A stretch of DNA of 26,613 bases from a virus (taxonomy: Duplodnaviria > Caudoviricetes). The notes below the pieces were generated by a model that was not told the DNA's origin, did not search any database, and saw nothing but the letters and a program-made list of their open reading frames with translations. The stretch lies in the IMG/VR virus record IMGVR_UViG_3300014839_000035, positions 1 to 26,613 of that record, one strand, 5' to 3'. Below, one piece after another: positions 8,749-17,060 of the stretch (the first letter of the stretch is position 1; the number at the start of each line of letters is the position of its first letter). Position numbers and translations under genes: made by a program.

Positions 8749-9631
8749 TTATTTTATCTTTCCAATAGGACATTTTGAGCATGTTAAAATCATAATTTTC
8801 TTTATGTTCAATATCGTAACACAAAGCCCACAAATGACCATCCTCATTATGAGTATCAAATATTTCTTTCCATTCATCTATAATAATAATGGGTAAATAT
8901 TTGGCAAAATATTCAGTAAAAACATGCCTCTGTACTATCGGTATACAACCGTAATATAGCGATTCCCACGTCCTCACGCTATCGCGCCCGTTACCGTCCG
9001 GCGACATTATGAATACACTATTTGCCATTTGCTCACTGTACCAGTCAAACGATTTTGCACCATTGATACCAGTACCTATCTTTACCCACTGCTTGCCTCT
9101 TAATAGCTCGTATGGTTTGCATCGGGCAGAGGCATTAGTCCAGACGTTACCGCACATAAAGGCAAGGTTGCTGCGTTCTGAAAACGGCTTTGGATTTATA
9201 ACATGGTCAATCATTTTCCGTTGCTTGCCCGCCCGTGGTACGCAATAGGCATTTTCAAGGGCAATAGGGATAGGTGTTAATTTGTAATTTTCAACCTCAC
9301 AATTTTGGCAGAACCAATGCACAATATTTTCCGGTATTCCCATAAGCTGATAATCATACCAGCGCGGGTTATCCTTTGTGATTGAACCGTCGCTATTGTG
9401 AGTAACCAGGATAAATTTTTTGTCAGTTATTTTTGCAATTTGTGGCAAGTATTCATTCAAATAATGCGTTTGAACAAACACTTTTAATACTGGTTTTTCC
9501 TTCAAATTGTCAGGTATGACAAAAGGCTTTCTTGGCCCATCTATACGGCAATCTAAATCAATATCACAACATGCTTGGAATTTTTCACCCGTTATAAAAT
9601 CATCATTAGTAAAATTGGCAAACTGATTCAT
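8735..9631 (-). CDS. Exostosin-like (GT47-related) glycosyltransferase
   Basis: SVFIMSPDGNGRDSVRTWESLYYGCIPIV, plus FILVTHNSD and PIPIALEN. Confidence 0.75.
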   Translation of the reverse strand: MNQFANFTNDDFITGEKFQACCDIDLDCRIDGPRKPFVIPDNLKEKPVLKVFVQTHYLNEYLPQIAKITDKKFILVTHNSDGSITKDNPRWYDYQLMGIPENIVHWFCQNCEVENYKLTPIPIALENAYCVPRAGKQRKMIDHVINPKPFSERSNLAFMCGNVWTNASARCKPYELLRGKQWVKIGTGINGAKSFDWYSEQMANSVFIMSPDGNGRDSVRTWESLYYGCIPIVQRHVFTEYFAKYLPIIIIDEWKEIFDTHNEDGHLWALCYDIEHKENYDFNMLKMSYWKDKINDYL

Positions 9632-9633
9632 TA

Positions 9634-10158
9634 TTATTCCATTTCTATTGGTGCAAAATCACTAACGGCCATTGTCCCGTTACCGTAGAAATCATCATAC
9701 TTTTTATACTTGAATGTATCGAACAGGTTGCCCCACTCATAAGCCACGGCTTGCGGCTCCGCGTCATGTACCACGATGTATTTAGCGTGCGAGCGCAATG
9801 CCTGTACGGTATCTTTGCGTTTAATGCAGGGTGAATGATCTACAAAGGCGACATCCCAGAATAGGTCTTTGCAAAAATCCTGTTTCAATACGTCCGCATA
9901 TTCCATATCCTTAAAAAAATATAGGCAATGTATACCGTTTGAAAATTGAGGGTGAAAGAAGGAATGCCAATCCTTGTCATTTTCCAATGAAAGCAACGGC
10001 CTGTGCTTGCACATATAATGCAATACAGGCGTGGAGAAATGCCCAACCCCACATTCAAGAACTGGCCCGGTAGTTTGCGCTACAAGCCCGGTTAAAAGTC
10101 CCTGATGCGTTGCGGTTGCGTTGTGCATAGACCATACTTGCTCGCGTGTCATTGCCAT
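9634..10158 (-). CDS. Class I SAM-dependent methyltransferase-like protein (probable start 10158)
   Basis: GPVLECGVGHFSTP, SLEND, DVAFVDH, YIVVHDAE. AGGAG RBS and TAATG coupling at 10158. Confidence 0.7.
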   Translation of the reverse strand: MAMTREQVWSMHNATATHQGLLTGLVAQTTGPVLECGVGHFSTPVLHYMCKHRPLLSLENDKDWHSFFHPQFSNGIHCLYFFKDMEYADVLKQDFCKDLFWDVAFVDHSPCIKRKDTVQALRSHAKYIVVHDAEPQAVAYEWGNLFDTFKYKKYDDFYGNGTMAVSDFAPIEME

Positions 10159-10901
10159 TATTGCGCTCCTTTGTTTATAAATATTCCCGTACCCTGCCAA
10201 TTATCCCTTCCCCAAATATATTTTAATTCAAAATTATTCTTAATCATAAAATCGTATAGTTCATCAAACATAACCGCGCCTTTTCGGAATTGCTGAAAAT
10301 TTAACTCACACGAAACAACTTTAACCCGGCTTAAAATATTTGATGCTCCCTGTAATATTTTCAATTCCGCGCCCTCCGTGTCGAGCCACATGAAATCAAT
10401 AGCATGAATATTATTCATGTTGCAATAGGTATTAATGGTCATACATTTTACAATTATTTCAGTATCGTCATAATCATGAGCATCTTCACGTTTCATATTA
10501 ACCGAATCAAGGACATCTTGCGGTATATTTATATTCATAAAATTATCAGGAAACAAAGAAGATATCTCTTCGCTTTTTGCAATATTAAATTTTTGGTCAT
10601 AAAAGGATATTGACAATGCAAAATTATGTGCAGCTATTCCCTTTATTCCTAAAACTCTATCTTGTAATTTACCAAACAAACTCGGTACAGGTTCAAAGCA
10701 ATGAATAATTGACTTCGGCCATGTTTCCTTAAACCTCATTGTATCTTCACCCGTAGACGCGCCTGCCTCTAAGATAATAGGATTTTCAGGCAGATATGGC
10801 TTGACGTAATTTATCACGTCGTAAAGTTCCTCATTAATCTTTCGGGTGCCGTCTGGCAGTAATACCCACGGTAAGGAGTCGTAATTCATTTTGATATCCA
10901 T
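10158..10901 (-). CDS. FkbM-family methyltransferase
   Basis: ILEAGASTGEDT, HCFEPVP, IDFMWLDTEGAELKILQG. The start may be 10889. Confidence 0.9.
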   Translation of the reverse strand: MDIKMNYDSLPWVLLPDGTRKINEELYDVINYVKPYLPENPIILEAGASTGEDTMRFKETWPKSIIHCFEPVPSLFGKLQDRVLGIKGIAAHNFALSISFYDQKFNIAKSEEISSLFPDNFMNINIPQDVLDSVNMKREDAHDYDDTEIIVKCMTINTYCNMNNIHAIDFMWLDTEGAELKILQGASNILSRVKVVSCELNFQQFRKGAVMFDELYDFMIKNNFELKYIWGRDNWQGTGIFINKGAQ

Positions 10902-11695
10902 AGGTGAAGGCGCTTTGAATGTATATGTAAATTCATAATCTTGTTACCCTTGAATGTAGGATATTTTCTACCTTGCTCATCAATAAGCCAATCAATTTTA
11001 CGTTCTGCTTCTGGTAATGATAGCAGATAATGGCCTATCGTATGGACATCAAATACCCCTGGCACCCCCGGCGCTCCTGGTATACCGTCGAGCAATTGCC
11101 CCCATGAAGCGCAGTCATAAATGGAATAATCGCCATGCTCATTCAATATTGGAAAGTGAAAAAAATCATTAGGGATTAATTCAGATACAATTTGTAATAG
11201 ACGCATTTCACCAACAAAGGCACATTTATATTTTTCTTTTATCACGTCTATGCCTAATTCCATTAGTTCAAGTATCTTTGTTGTCATTCTGGAAAGCGCG
11301 TCAATTTTATTCACAAGCATGAAATTTGCCGTGCTCTCCGTGTCTGTGCATGGCGTAATACCAATCCCAGCCCAATCGTGGCTGTTAGCGACAGTATAAA
11401 GATTACAATAAACAAGATTGTCATTTTCAATATGCCATGCCGATTTTAATTTCAGATAACACATAGCACATTCAAGGTAAAACAGACGCTTGCAGGTTAC
11501 GTCCCAGAACGAACCGGGGGGAGAGAAAAATTGCAGCTTACCGTATTGTATTATTTTTTTATCATTGTCAAATTGTTTCAATTCTTTGTCGGTAAATAAA
11601 TGTATCCGATTATTTCCCCATATCCTTAATTGTTTAATACAATCATAAAGGTATGCGGGCAATTCATTTCCTATATGAATTAAAATTACAGCCAC
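10886..11695 (-). CDS. Putative glycosyltransferase-like protein (homologue of 11686-12591)
   Basis: LIHIGNELPAYLYDCI, FWDVTCKRLFYL, WHIENDNLVY (ExD), NLHIHSK. Confidence 0.6.
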   Translation of the reverse strand: MAVILIHIGNELPAYLYDCIKQLRIWGNNRIHLFTDKELKQFDNDKKIIQYGKLQFFSPPGSFWDVTCKRLFYLECAMCYLKLKSAWHIENDNLVYCNLYTVANSHDWAGIGITPCTDTESTANFMLVNKIDALSRMTTKILELMELGIDVIKEKYKCAFVGEMRLLQIVSELIPNDFFHFPILNEHGDYSIYDCASWGQLLDGIPGAPGVPGVFDVHTIGHYLLSLPEAERKIDWLIDEQGRKYPTFKGNKIMNLHIHSKRLHLWISK

Positions 11696-12591
11696 TTATT
11701 CACCCGCTTGGAATTAAAGTGTAATGTTGCCAATGGATAAGATAACCTCGTAAAATTGTCATGAACATAAGGCATTTTTATCTTTGCATTTTCATAGGCA
11801 AAATGAATATCATAAATACCTTTTAATAATGCCGCGCCTATATGATAATTAGCAATGGCATGAGATATGCCGGGTGAATACCGCAATCCATCAACCCAAC
11901 GTCCCCACCCATCCGGGTCTACAAAAAAGCCTAATTCCTCATGGTGCAAATCGCCAGGCATGGCAGGAAACAGATCAACCAATTCAGGATGTTCCTTATA
12001 AAACGCATAGGTAAATACTGTTTCCGTTATTATTTTCTGCGTCTTATAGGTATCAAGAAAATACTGTTTCCCCCTACCAAAATATTCAAGGATACTGTCG
12101 CAAAATACACGGCAAACATCCAGCGAATTACAATAAACAATACCGGCGTTTAATTGTTCCGGTGCATGAGGTATGAACACAATTTTCTGATCGTATACTC
12201 GCTTAAAAGATTTAAGCATTTCCTCAATATCCATATAGCAGACGCAATCTGTTTCAACATGAAGTACCTCATCTATTTTGTACCTTTCCATAAATAAATA
12301 TAGGTAGATAAATCGCTTGCAAGTGTTGTCCCAGAACCCGTCCCAATTGTCATATTTCAGGAAGGTCTTTTGCTCGTATTCGTTTATGAAAGAACTGCAC
12401 ATTTTATCTTTAGATATTGTTTTAATGTCAAGTTCTTTTAGGATAATATAAGCAAATTCACGTTCCGGCGCTATAAGGTAAATGTCGCCCTTATACATTT
12501 CGCGGGTTTTACGCAAAGTATCCCAGAAGCATTCGGGGAGATTGTTTTGAAGTTGGATAAATACTACGGCTTCACTCACAGTTGCACCCAC
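11686..12591 (-). CDS. Putative glycosyltransferase-like protein (homologue of 10886-11695)
   Basis: FIQLQNNLPECFWDTL, FWDNTCKRFIYL, LHVETDCVCY (ExD), TLHFNSK. Confidence 0.6.
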   Translation of the reverse strand: MGATVSEAVVFIQLQNNLPECFWDTLRKTREMYKGDIYLIAPEREFAYIILKELDIKTISKDKMCSSFINEYEQKTFLKYDNWDGFWDNTCKRFIYLYLFMERYKIDEVLHVETDCVCYMDIEEMLKSFKRVYDQKIVFIPHAPEQLNAGIVYCNSLDVCRVFCDSILEYFGRGKQYFLDTYKTQKIITETVFTYAFYKEHPELVDLFPAMPGDLHHEELGFFVDPDGWGRWVDGLRYSPGISHAIANYHIGAALLKGIYDIHFAYENAKIKMPYVHDNFTRLSYPLATLHFNSKRVNKWL

Positions 12592-13292
12592 CCGTCGAAA
12601 GCGTTTATTTCTTTGACTGCGTTTTCTTTCAATGCGTCGAGTTCCGGTATATTCTCCATTAACTTTTCAACATTATTCATGTCCTTAAATTCAACAAATC
12701 GCGGCATTAATTCGTTTCTTATAAAGATCAAATCGGATACACAGCAAGCGATAAGGGAATATCCTTTTGATACTCCAAGATCGTACAAGGCTTTCACCGA
12801 GGAACCGAATTGCGCATCACCTTTCCAGCGCCATGCAATATCATATTTTTGAACAATGTTTCTTTCAAAGGGAATGTAGGTGTTTGCCTCAATGCAAATC
12901 ACGGCAGGCTTATATATGTCGCTCAATGCTTTCCATATCCAATAATCATTTCCATCCACATCAATTGATAGAAAGCCAAGCAATTCAGAAACATCATATT
13001 TTTTAAACAATTCGTTAATATTTTCAGCCGTTACGGTTTCAACTTTCAGGTCATATTTTTTATTGATTATATCAACGCCATAGGGCTTATCAGTGTCATT
13101 CATAAGCAAGCCATTCCACCCGAACCGGCGCAAGTACGCCGTGTTTCCCATGCCTTCATCATTGGCGGATGAACCAAATTCAACGAACTGTTTATTTACA
13201 GGGGCTATTTTCTCAAATATCTTTTGTAATACTCCATCTTGCCCGAATTGAGAAAAGGCGCGTGTCTGGTAATTTTTAAGATCAATAATCAT
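12576..13292 (-). CDS. FkbM-related methyltransferase
   Basis: FSQFGQDG, FVEFGS, GWNGLLM, VTAENINELF, LSIDVDGNDYWIW, VICIEAN. Confidence 0.85.
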   Translation of the reverse strand: MIIDLKNYQTRAFSQFGQDGVLQKIFEKIAPVNKQFVEFGSSANDEGMGNTAYLRRFGWNGLLMNDTDKPYGVDIINKKYDLKVETVTAENINELFKKYDVSELLGFLSIDVDGNDYWIWKALSDIYKPAVICIEANTYIPFERNIVQKYDIAWRWKGDAQFGSSVKALYDLGVSKGYSLIACCVSDLIFIRNELMPRFVEFKDMNNVEKLMENIPELDALKENAVKEINAFDGWVQL

Positions 13293-13293
13293 T

Positions 13294-13899
13294 TTAAATC
13301 CTGCTTAAAAGTGTTTGCCGTCCGGTGAAAACAATATGCCAATCCTGACTAATCATGTAGGGAATAAGCAATTTTCCCTTTCCGCCGTATTCAGTCTGCT
13401 TTTCCACTATCAAATTATCAACACAATCAACATCGGTATCATCAATCAATATCAGGGCGTCGTGTCCTAAATGGTCAAACGCCTGCATGTATGCCTGTAA
13501 ATGATTTTCTGCACAGCCAGGTAAATTGACATCCCACGCATCAAGGTAAAATAAGTCAATTCTAAAAGCCGGTTCAAGTTTGGAAAGAAAATCGAATCCG
13601 TCCATGTGCATTATTTTGGCATTAGGATAGTCAATACACGCTGCCGCCGTTATCTTTGCCGCCGATTCCAGGGATTCCACACTGTAAAAATCAAGGCCGG
13701 TCCGCGCCCACAATACGGAACTATGCCCATCCTCACAACAAGGGAAAGAAAAATTGTCAATATCATGCCGCAATGTTTGGCGCATTCCACCAAGTTCAAT
13801 TATGGTTTCACCGCCGCGCTCTTTCAGTAGCCGTATTGCCTCATCAATAAAAGGCTTCGGTCGAGCTCGTCCATTCATAAATATTGGAGTTAAAGACAT
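13294..13899 (-). CDS. Class I SAM-dependent methyltransferase (Methyltransf_24-like)
   Basis: TIIELGGMR, DGHSS, FYSVE, IDLFYLDAWD, ILIDDT, GKGKL. Confidence 0.8.
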   Translation of the reverse strand: MSLTPIFMNGRARPKPFIDEAIRLLKERGGETIIELGGMRQTLRHDIDNFSFPCCEDGHSSVLWARTGLDFYSVESLESAAKITAAACIDYPNAKIMHMDGFDFLSKLEPAFRIDLFYLDAWDVNLPGCAENHLQAYMQAFDHLGHDALILIDDTDVDCVDNLIVEKQTEYGGKGKLLIPYMISQDWHIVFTGRQTLLSRI

Positions 13900-14567
13900 T
13901 TTACATTCTCATTGATATAATCCAGATCGCACCATATCCCATTCTTGTCAAAATTAGTGAGCAATTTAAATTTATTATCAACCAGATATTTATCTATTTC
14001 AGGGTATAAATCTTGCCCGTGATACATAGCTTTTAATGTGACTTCCGTATGGATGAATTTTACCGCCCGTATGTATGCCCCTAATCCCCGCAATGCTGCC
14101 AATTCAGAGCCCTGCAAATCCATCCAGATAACATCCGGCATAGGCAGGGTATAGGTTTCCATGAGCGTGTCCAGGCGTGAGCACAGTATAGATATTTCGT
14201 CTTGTGCGTATATTTCAAGCGGATATGTACCATTGGCAATATGCACGGATGATGCGCGTGGGTTGCCGTCCTGATGCGTTGTAATGGTCAATTCTTTGTT
14301 GATAGGATGAAATTTAATCAATCCGTCACGGTCATAGATGCAGGCGTTGATTAAATGTATCTTATCCCTGTTTACAATATTGGCAGCACAATTGGCTATG
14401 CAAACAGGGTTACATTCAAAGGCAAAAATCTGAGCATTTTTAAAATGATTCCATAGTGCCAATGTTTCAACGCAATCACCCGCGCCTATGTCGTATACGG
14501 TTTTTACATCACCCGGAATAATATATTTATCACAAATAGTAAGAAACGGCTTGATTATTTCGCTCAT
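13890..14567 (-). CDS. FkbM-family methyltransferase
   Basis: YDIGAGD, FAFECNP, RLDT, DVIWMDLQGSELAALRG, IHTEV, MYHGQ. Confidence 0.9.
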   Translation of the reverse strand: MSEIIKPFLTICDKYIIPGDVKTVYDIGAGDCVETLALWNHFKNAQIFAFECNPVCIANCAANIVNRDKIHLINACIYDRDGLIKFHPINKELTITTHQDGNPRASSVHIANGTYPLEIYAQDEISILCSRLDTLMETYTLPMPDVIWMDLQGSELAALRGLGAYIRAVKFIHTEVTLKAMYHGQDLYPEIDKYLVDNKFKLLTNFDKNGIWCDLDYINENVKCL

Positions 14568-15349
14568 GCAATCCTTTCCTTTGCCTTTAATTGTTCCGGT
14601 GATTCATTATACCAACTATGCATAGAAAACGTATCGCAATCAACTCCCTTCATCTTTGCTATTTGCGCCTCAATTTCTCCTTTCGTCCAGTTCATTAATT
14701 TTTCATCGCTTTGCAATTTGGCAGATATTCCACCCATTTTGAGGGGCTTAAAAATATATCTGTCGTTGTGGTGCTTATAGCAGTACGAGGCGTATAAATC
14801 CTGTTCACACATATAACAGGTGGGCGTGGTGAGAAATTGCGCTCTCTCAATGAAAGAAGCGGTTGAATAATTATTTTTCTTCAATATTTCACAGATAATA
14901 TTTCGGTCATAAAAGCCCGTATCTGATATGAAACTATCAGGACAAACCTTGCCAATATCTATCATTTTTTTCTGGAAATCGAAATAGGGTTTGTTATATT
15001 GCGCCCAGCCGGTATACCATATCATTTTCTCACCCTCAAAGAACTGCACCGGCCTATTGAAAATAGTGTCACAATCAACGACAAGATAAATATCGCTCGT
15101 TACTTCCTGGAATATCTTTAAACACTGCTGGTACATCCATGACGGGCGGAAAGGCCATAGCTTTTTATCAACCTTCAATATATCCATATCGCGGTGGAAT
15201 ACCACGTCGTTATATGTCCACTTTTCAACCTCAAACGGGATTGATACATGGATTACGCCACCAAAATTAACATTGCGCCTGATAGCATCCATGACATAGG
15301 AGAGTTTATTGTAGTCCTTTTGGGCGCAAGGAATGAAAATATCAAACAT
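14564..15349 (-). CDS. Putative GT-A glycosyltransferase (DUF6492-like)
   Basis: IFIPCAQKD, WMYQQCLK, YLVVDCDTIF (DxD), CEQDLY. Confidence 0.65.
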   Translation of the reverse strand: MFDIFIPCAQKDYNKLSYVMDAIRRNVNFGGVIHVSIPFEVEKWTYNDVVFHRDMDILKVDKKLWPFRPSWMYQQCLKIFQEVTSDIYLVVDCDTIFNRPVQFFEGEKMIWYTGWAQYNKPYFDFQKKMIDIGKVCPDSFISDTGFYDRNIICEILKKNNYSTASFIERAQFLTTPTCYMCEQDLYASYCYKHHNDRYIFKPLKMGGISAKLQSDEKLMNWTKGEIEAQIAKMKGVDCDTFSMHSWYNESPEQLKAKERIA

Positions 15350-15350
15350 A

Positions 15351-15602
15351 TTAATGAGTATTTGGATAAGTGAATATTACGACAACAGCAGAAACTATCA
15401 CCGTACAAATAAACATTCCCACAATATCCCACGCCTCCGCCCTTGCAATTTTTCGTATATGCTTATCTGTATTAATAGAATCCTGAATCTTATTGACTTG
15501 GCTTATGCTATCCTGCTTTTTTAATTCCTGATAGATAGTATCGCAAGGTGAAGCAAATATGCAAAATGCCAGACACAATGCAATGATAGTTCCTTTAATC
15601 AT
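15351..15602 (-). CDS. Small membrane protein (signal peptide + C-terminal TM), probable start 15602
   Basis: N-terminal MIKGTIIALCLAFCIFA and C-terminal IVGMFICTVIVSAVVVIF. GGCGGAG upstream, and it overlaps the previous stop. Confidence 0.65.
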   Translation of the reverse strand: MIKGTIIALCLAFCIFASPCDTIYQELKKQDSISQVNKIQDSINTDKHIRKIARAEAWDIVGMFICTVIVSAVVVIFTYPNTH

Positions 15603-16338
15603 TGGCTCCGCCTTTCCAATAAAGTTTATTAGGTATAACGTGACAAGAATTTGCACCTTTTACAGATTCAACCATTTTATCCAAATCAAGCCTATCGCCC
15701 TGGTCATATTTACGCCGTAATAATTCGGCGGGGAAATTGCCTGATTTGTTGTGCAGGTGGGTTGTTTGGATGCGGTTGAGAACGAGATTAATAAGACAAG
15801 GAGTTTCAAAGCAAGCCATAAATTCATGGCTAATTGGATTACGTGAAAGCATAGTTTCTAATTGATTAGGATTTTCAAAAGACAATCTATTTACTTTTTC
15901 TGCAATTTCTCTTGTCTTAAAAATATGACCATCAATACTCATGGGATAACCAAAATAACCAACATAACATTTCCAGGGCCATTGGTGTACAATTGCCCCT
16001 CCTCTTGTTTGTAATGGAGAAGATATGTTTTTATTTAATGGAAGATCATATTTAATATTATCACCTAGACGCAAGGAAACACAAATAACGTTATCCTTTA
16101 ATATTTCTGGAATATAATCAAATACTATCTTTCTCGTGAATATACAATCGTCCGGCAGAAACATGGTGTATTCACAATTAGAATTTACCGCCGCCTTTGT
16201 TGCCGCCTCAAAATCTTTTCCGGTTTCGGTAATAAGGGTATTTTCGTACTGGTGGGCGTCCAAAAACTTGCCCATACTTTGACTAAGTAAATTCAATTGG
16301 CATTGCCGGTCTTTGGTAAAAATGATAATGTGAACCAT
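15595..16338 (-). CDS. Putative GT-A glycosyltransferase
   Basis: IIIFTKDRQCQL, YTMFLPDDCIF, SLRLG, GYPMSIDGHIF, NPNQLE. Confidence 0.65.
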   Translation of the reverse strand: MVHIIIFTKDRQCQLNLLSQSMGKFLDAHQYENTLITETGKDFEAATKAAVNSNCEYTMFLPDDCIFTRKIVFDYIPEILKDNVICVSLRLGDNIKYDLPLNKNISSPLQTRGGAIVHQWPWKCYVGYFGYPMSIDGHIFKTREIAEKVNRLSFENPNQLETMLSRNPISHEFMACFETPCLINLVLNRIQTTHLHNKSGNFPAELLRRKYDQGDRLDLDKMVESVKGANSCHVIPNKLYWKGGAND

Positions 16339-17060
16339 TAAAACAGCTTTCTATCAAGCGGTTTCATAGCCCGCAAATAAGCCTCAATCTCTTTGCATTC
16401 TGTTCTGTGGGTATCGAAAGCGTTTTCGAGGTTTGTGTCGTTGTACATATACAGAAGTTCCTTTATCTGCTGTACCTTGTCCCATCCGGCGAGTTCAATC
16501 ATGGCAAACATATACGCCATATCATCACAATATATTATATATTCTCCGGCCTCGTTTTGCAAATACTTTTTTGGGATAGCTTGCCATAGTTTATACTTGA
16601 ATGTTTTAAGGTGAGAACCATTCCAATTTTGCTCCCGTACTGGCAGGGTCTTGTCATAGCGCCCAAACGAGGGACACCGCTCCCCGGTAGACTCACGCGC
16701 AAACGAGCCATAAGTGAGCAAACACCCGCTTTGATCGTACAGCTTTTGCACCACATTAAGAGCGTCGTATTGGTTAAAATAATCATCACCATCTAGGGCG
16801 ACAATTATATCATCTTCTTTAGGTTTCGCCTGTTCAATTCCATAAATAAAATTAAACGTGCCATACATGCGCTCTTTCATCACGTGGATTTCTATTTTGC
16901 CCTGCTCTTGAAACCTTGCGCATTTTGAAAATGTTTTATCGTCACTTTTATCAATGACAATAGTCATTTTCCAATTAGATAACAACTGGCGCTGCGTTTC
17001 AATTATACACCGCTCTATCCAGTCAACGCAATTATAAGCCTTAGTTATTATCTGGAACAC
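16338..17060 (-). CDS. GT2-family glycosyltransferase
   Basis: IITKAYNCVDWIERCI, IDKSDD, IIVALDGDDYF, SHLKTF, DDMAYM. Confidence 0.88.
   Translation of the reverse strand: MFQIITKAYNCVDWIERCIIETQRQLLSNWKMTIVIDKSDDKTFSKCARFQEQGKIEIHVMKERMYGTFNFIYGIEQAKPKEDDIIVALDGDDYFNQYDALNVVQKLYDQSGCLLTYGSFARESTGERCPSFGRYDKTLPVREQNWNGSHLKTFKYKLWQAIPKKYLQNEAGEYIIYCDDMAYMFAMIELAGWDKVQQIKELLYMYNDTNLENAFDTHRTECKEIEAYLRAMKPLDRKLF

Noticed and set aside
9634-14567. Methyltransferases as DNA or restriction-modification methylases
   Set aside because: They lack DPPY/NPPY or PC catalytic motifs; the motifs are FkbM or small-molecule type.
6556-17060. Cassette as a host O-antigen/capsule locus interrupting a prophage, or an inserted mobile element
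   Set aside because: No transposase, terminal repeats or transport/polymerase genes are seen, and both junctions are tightly coupled to phage head genes.
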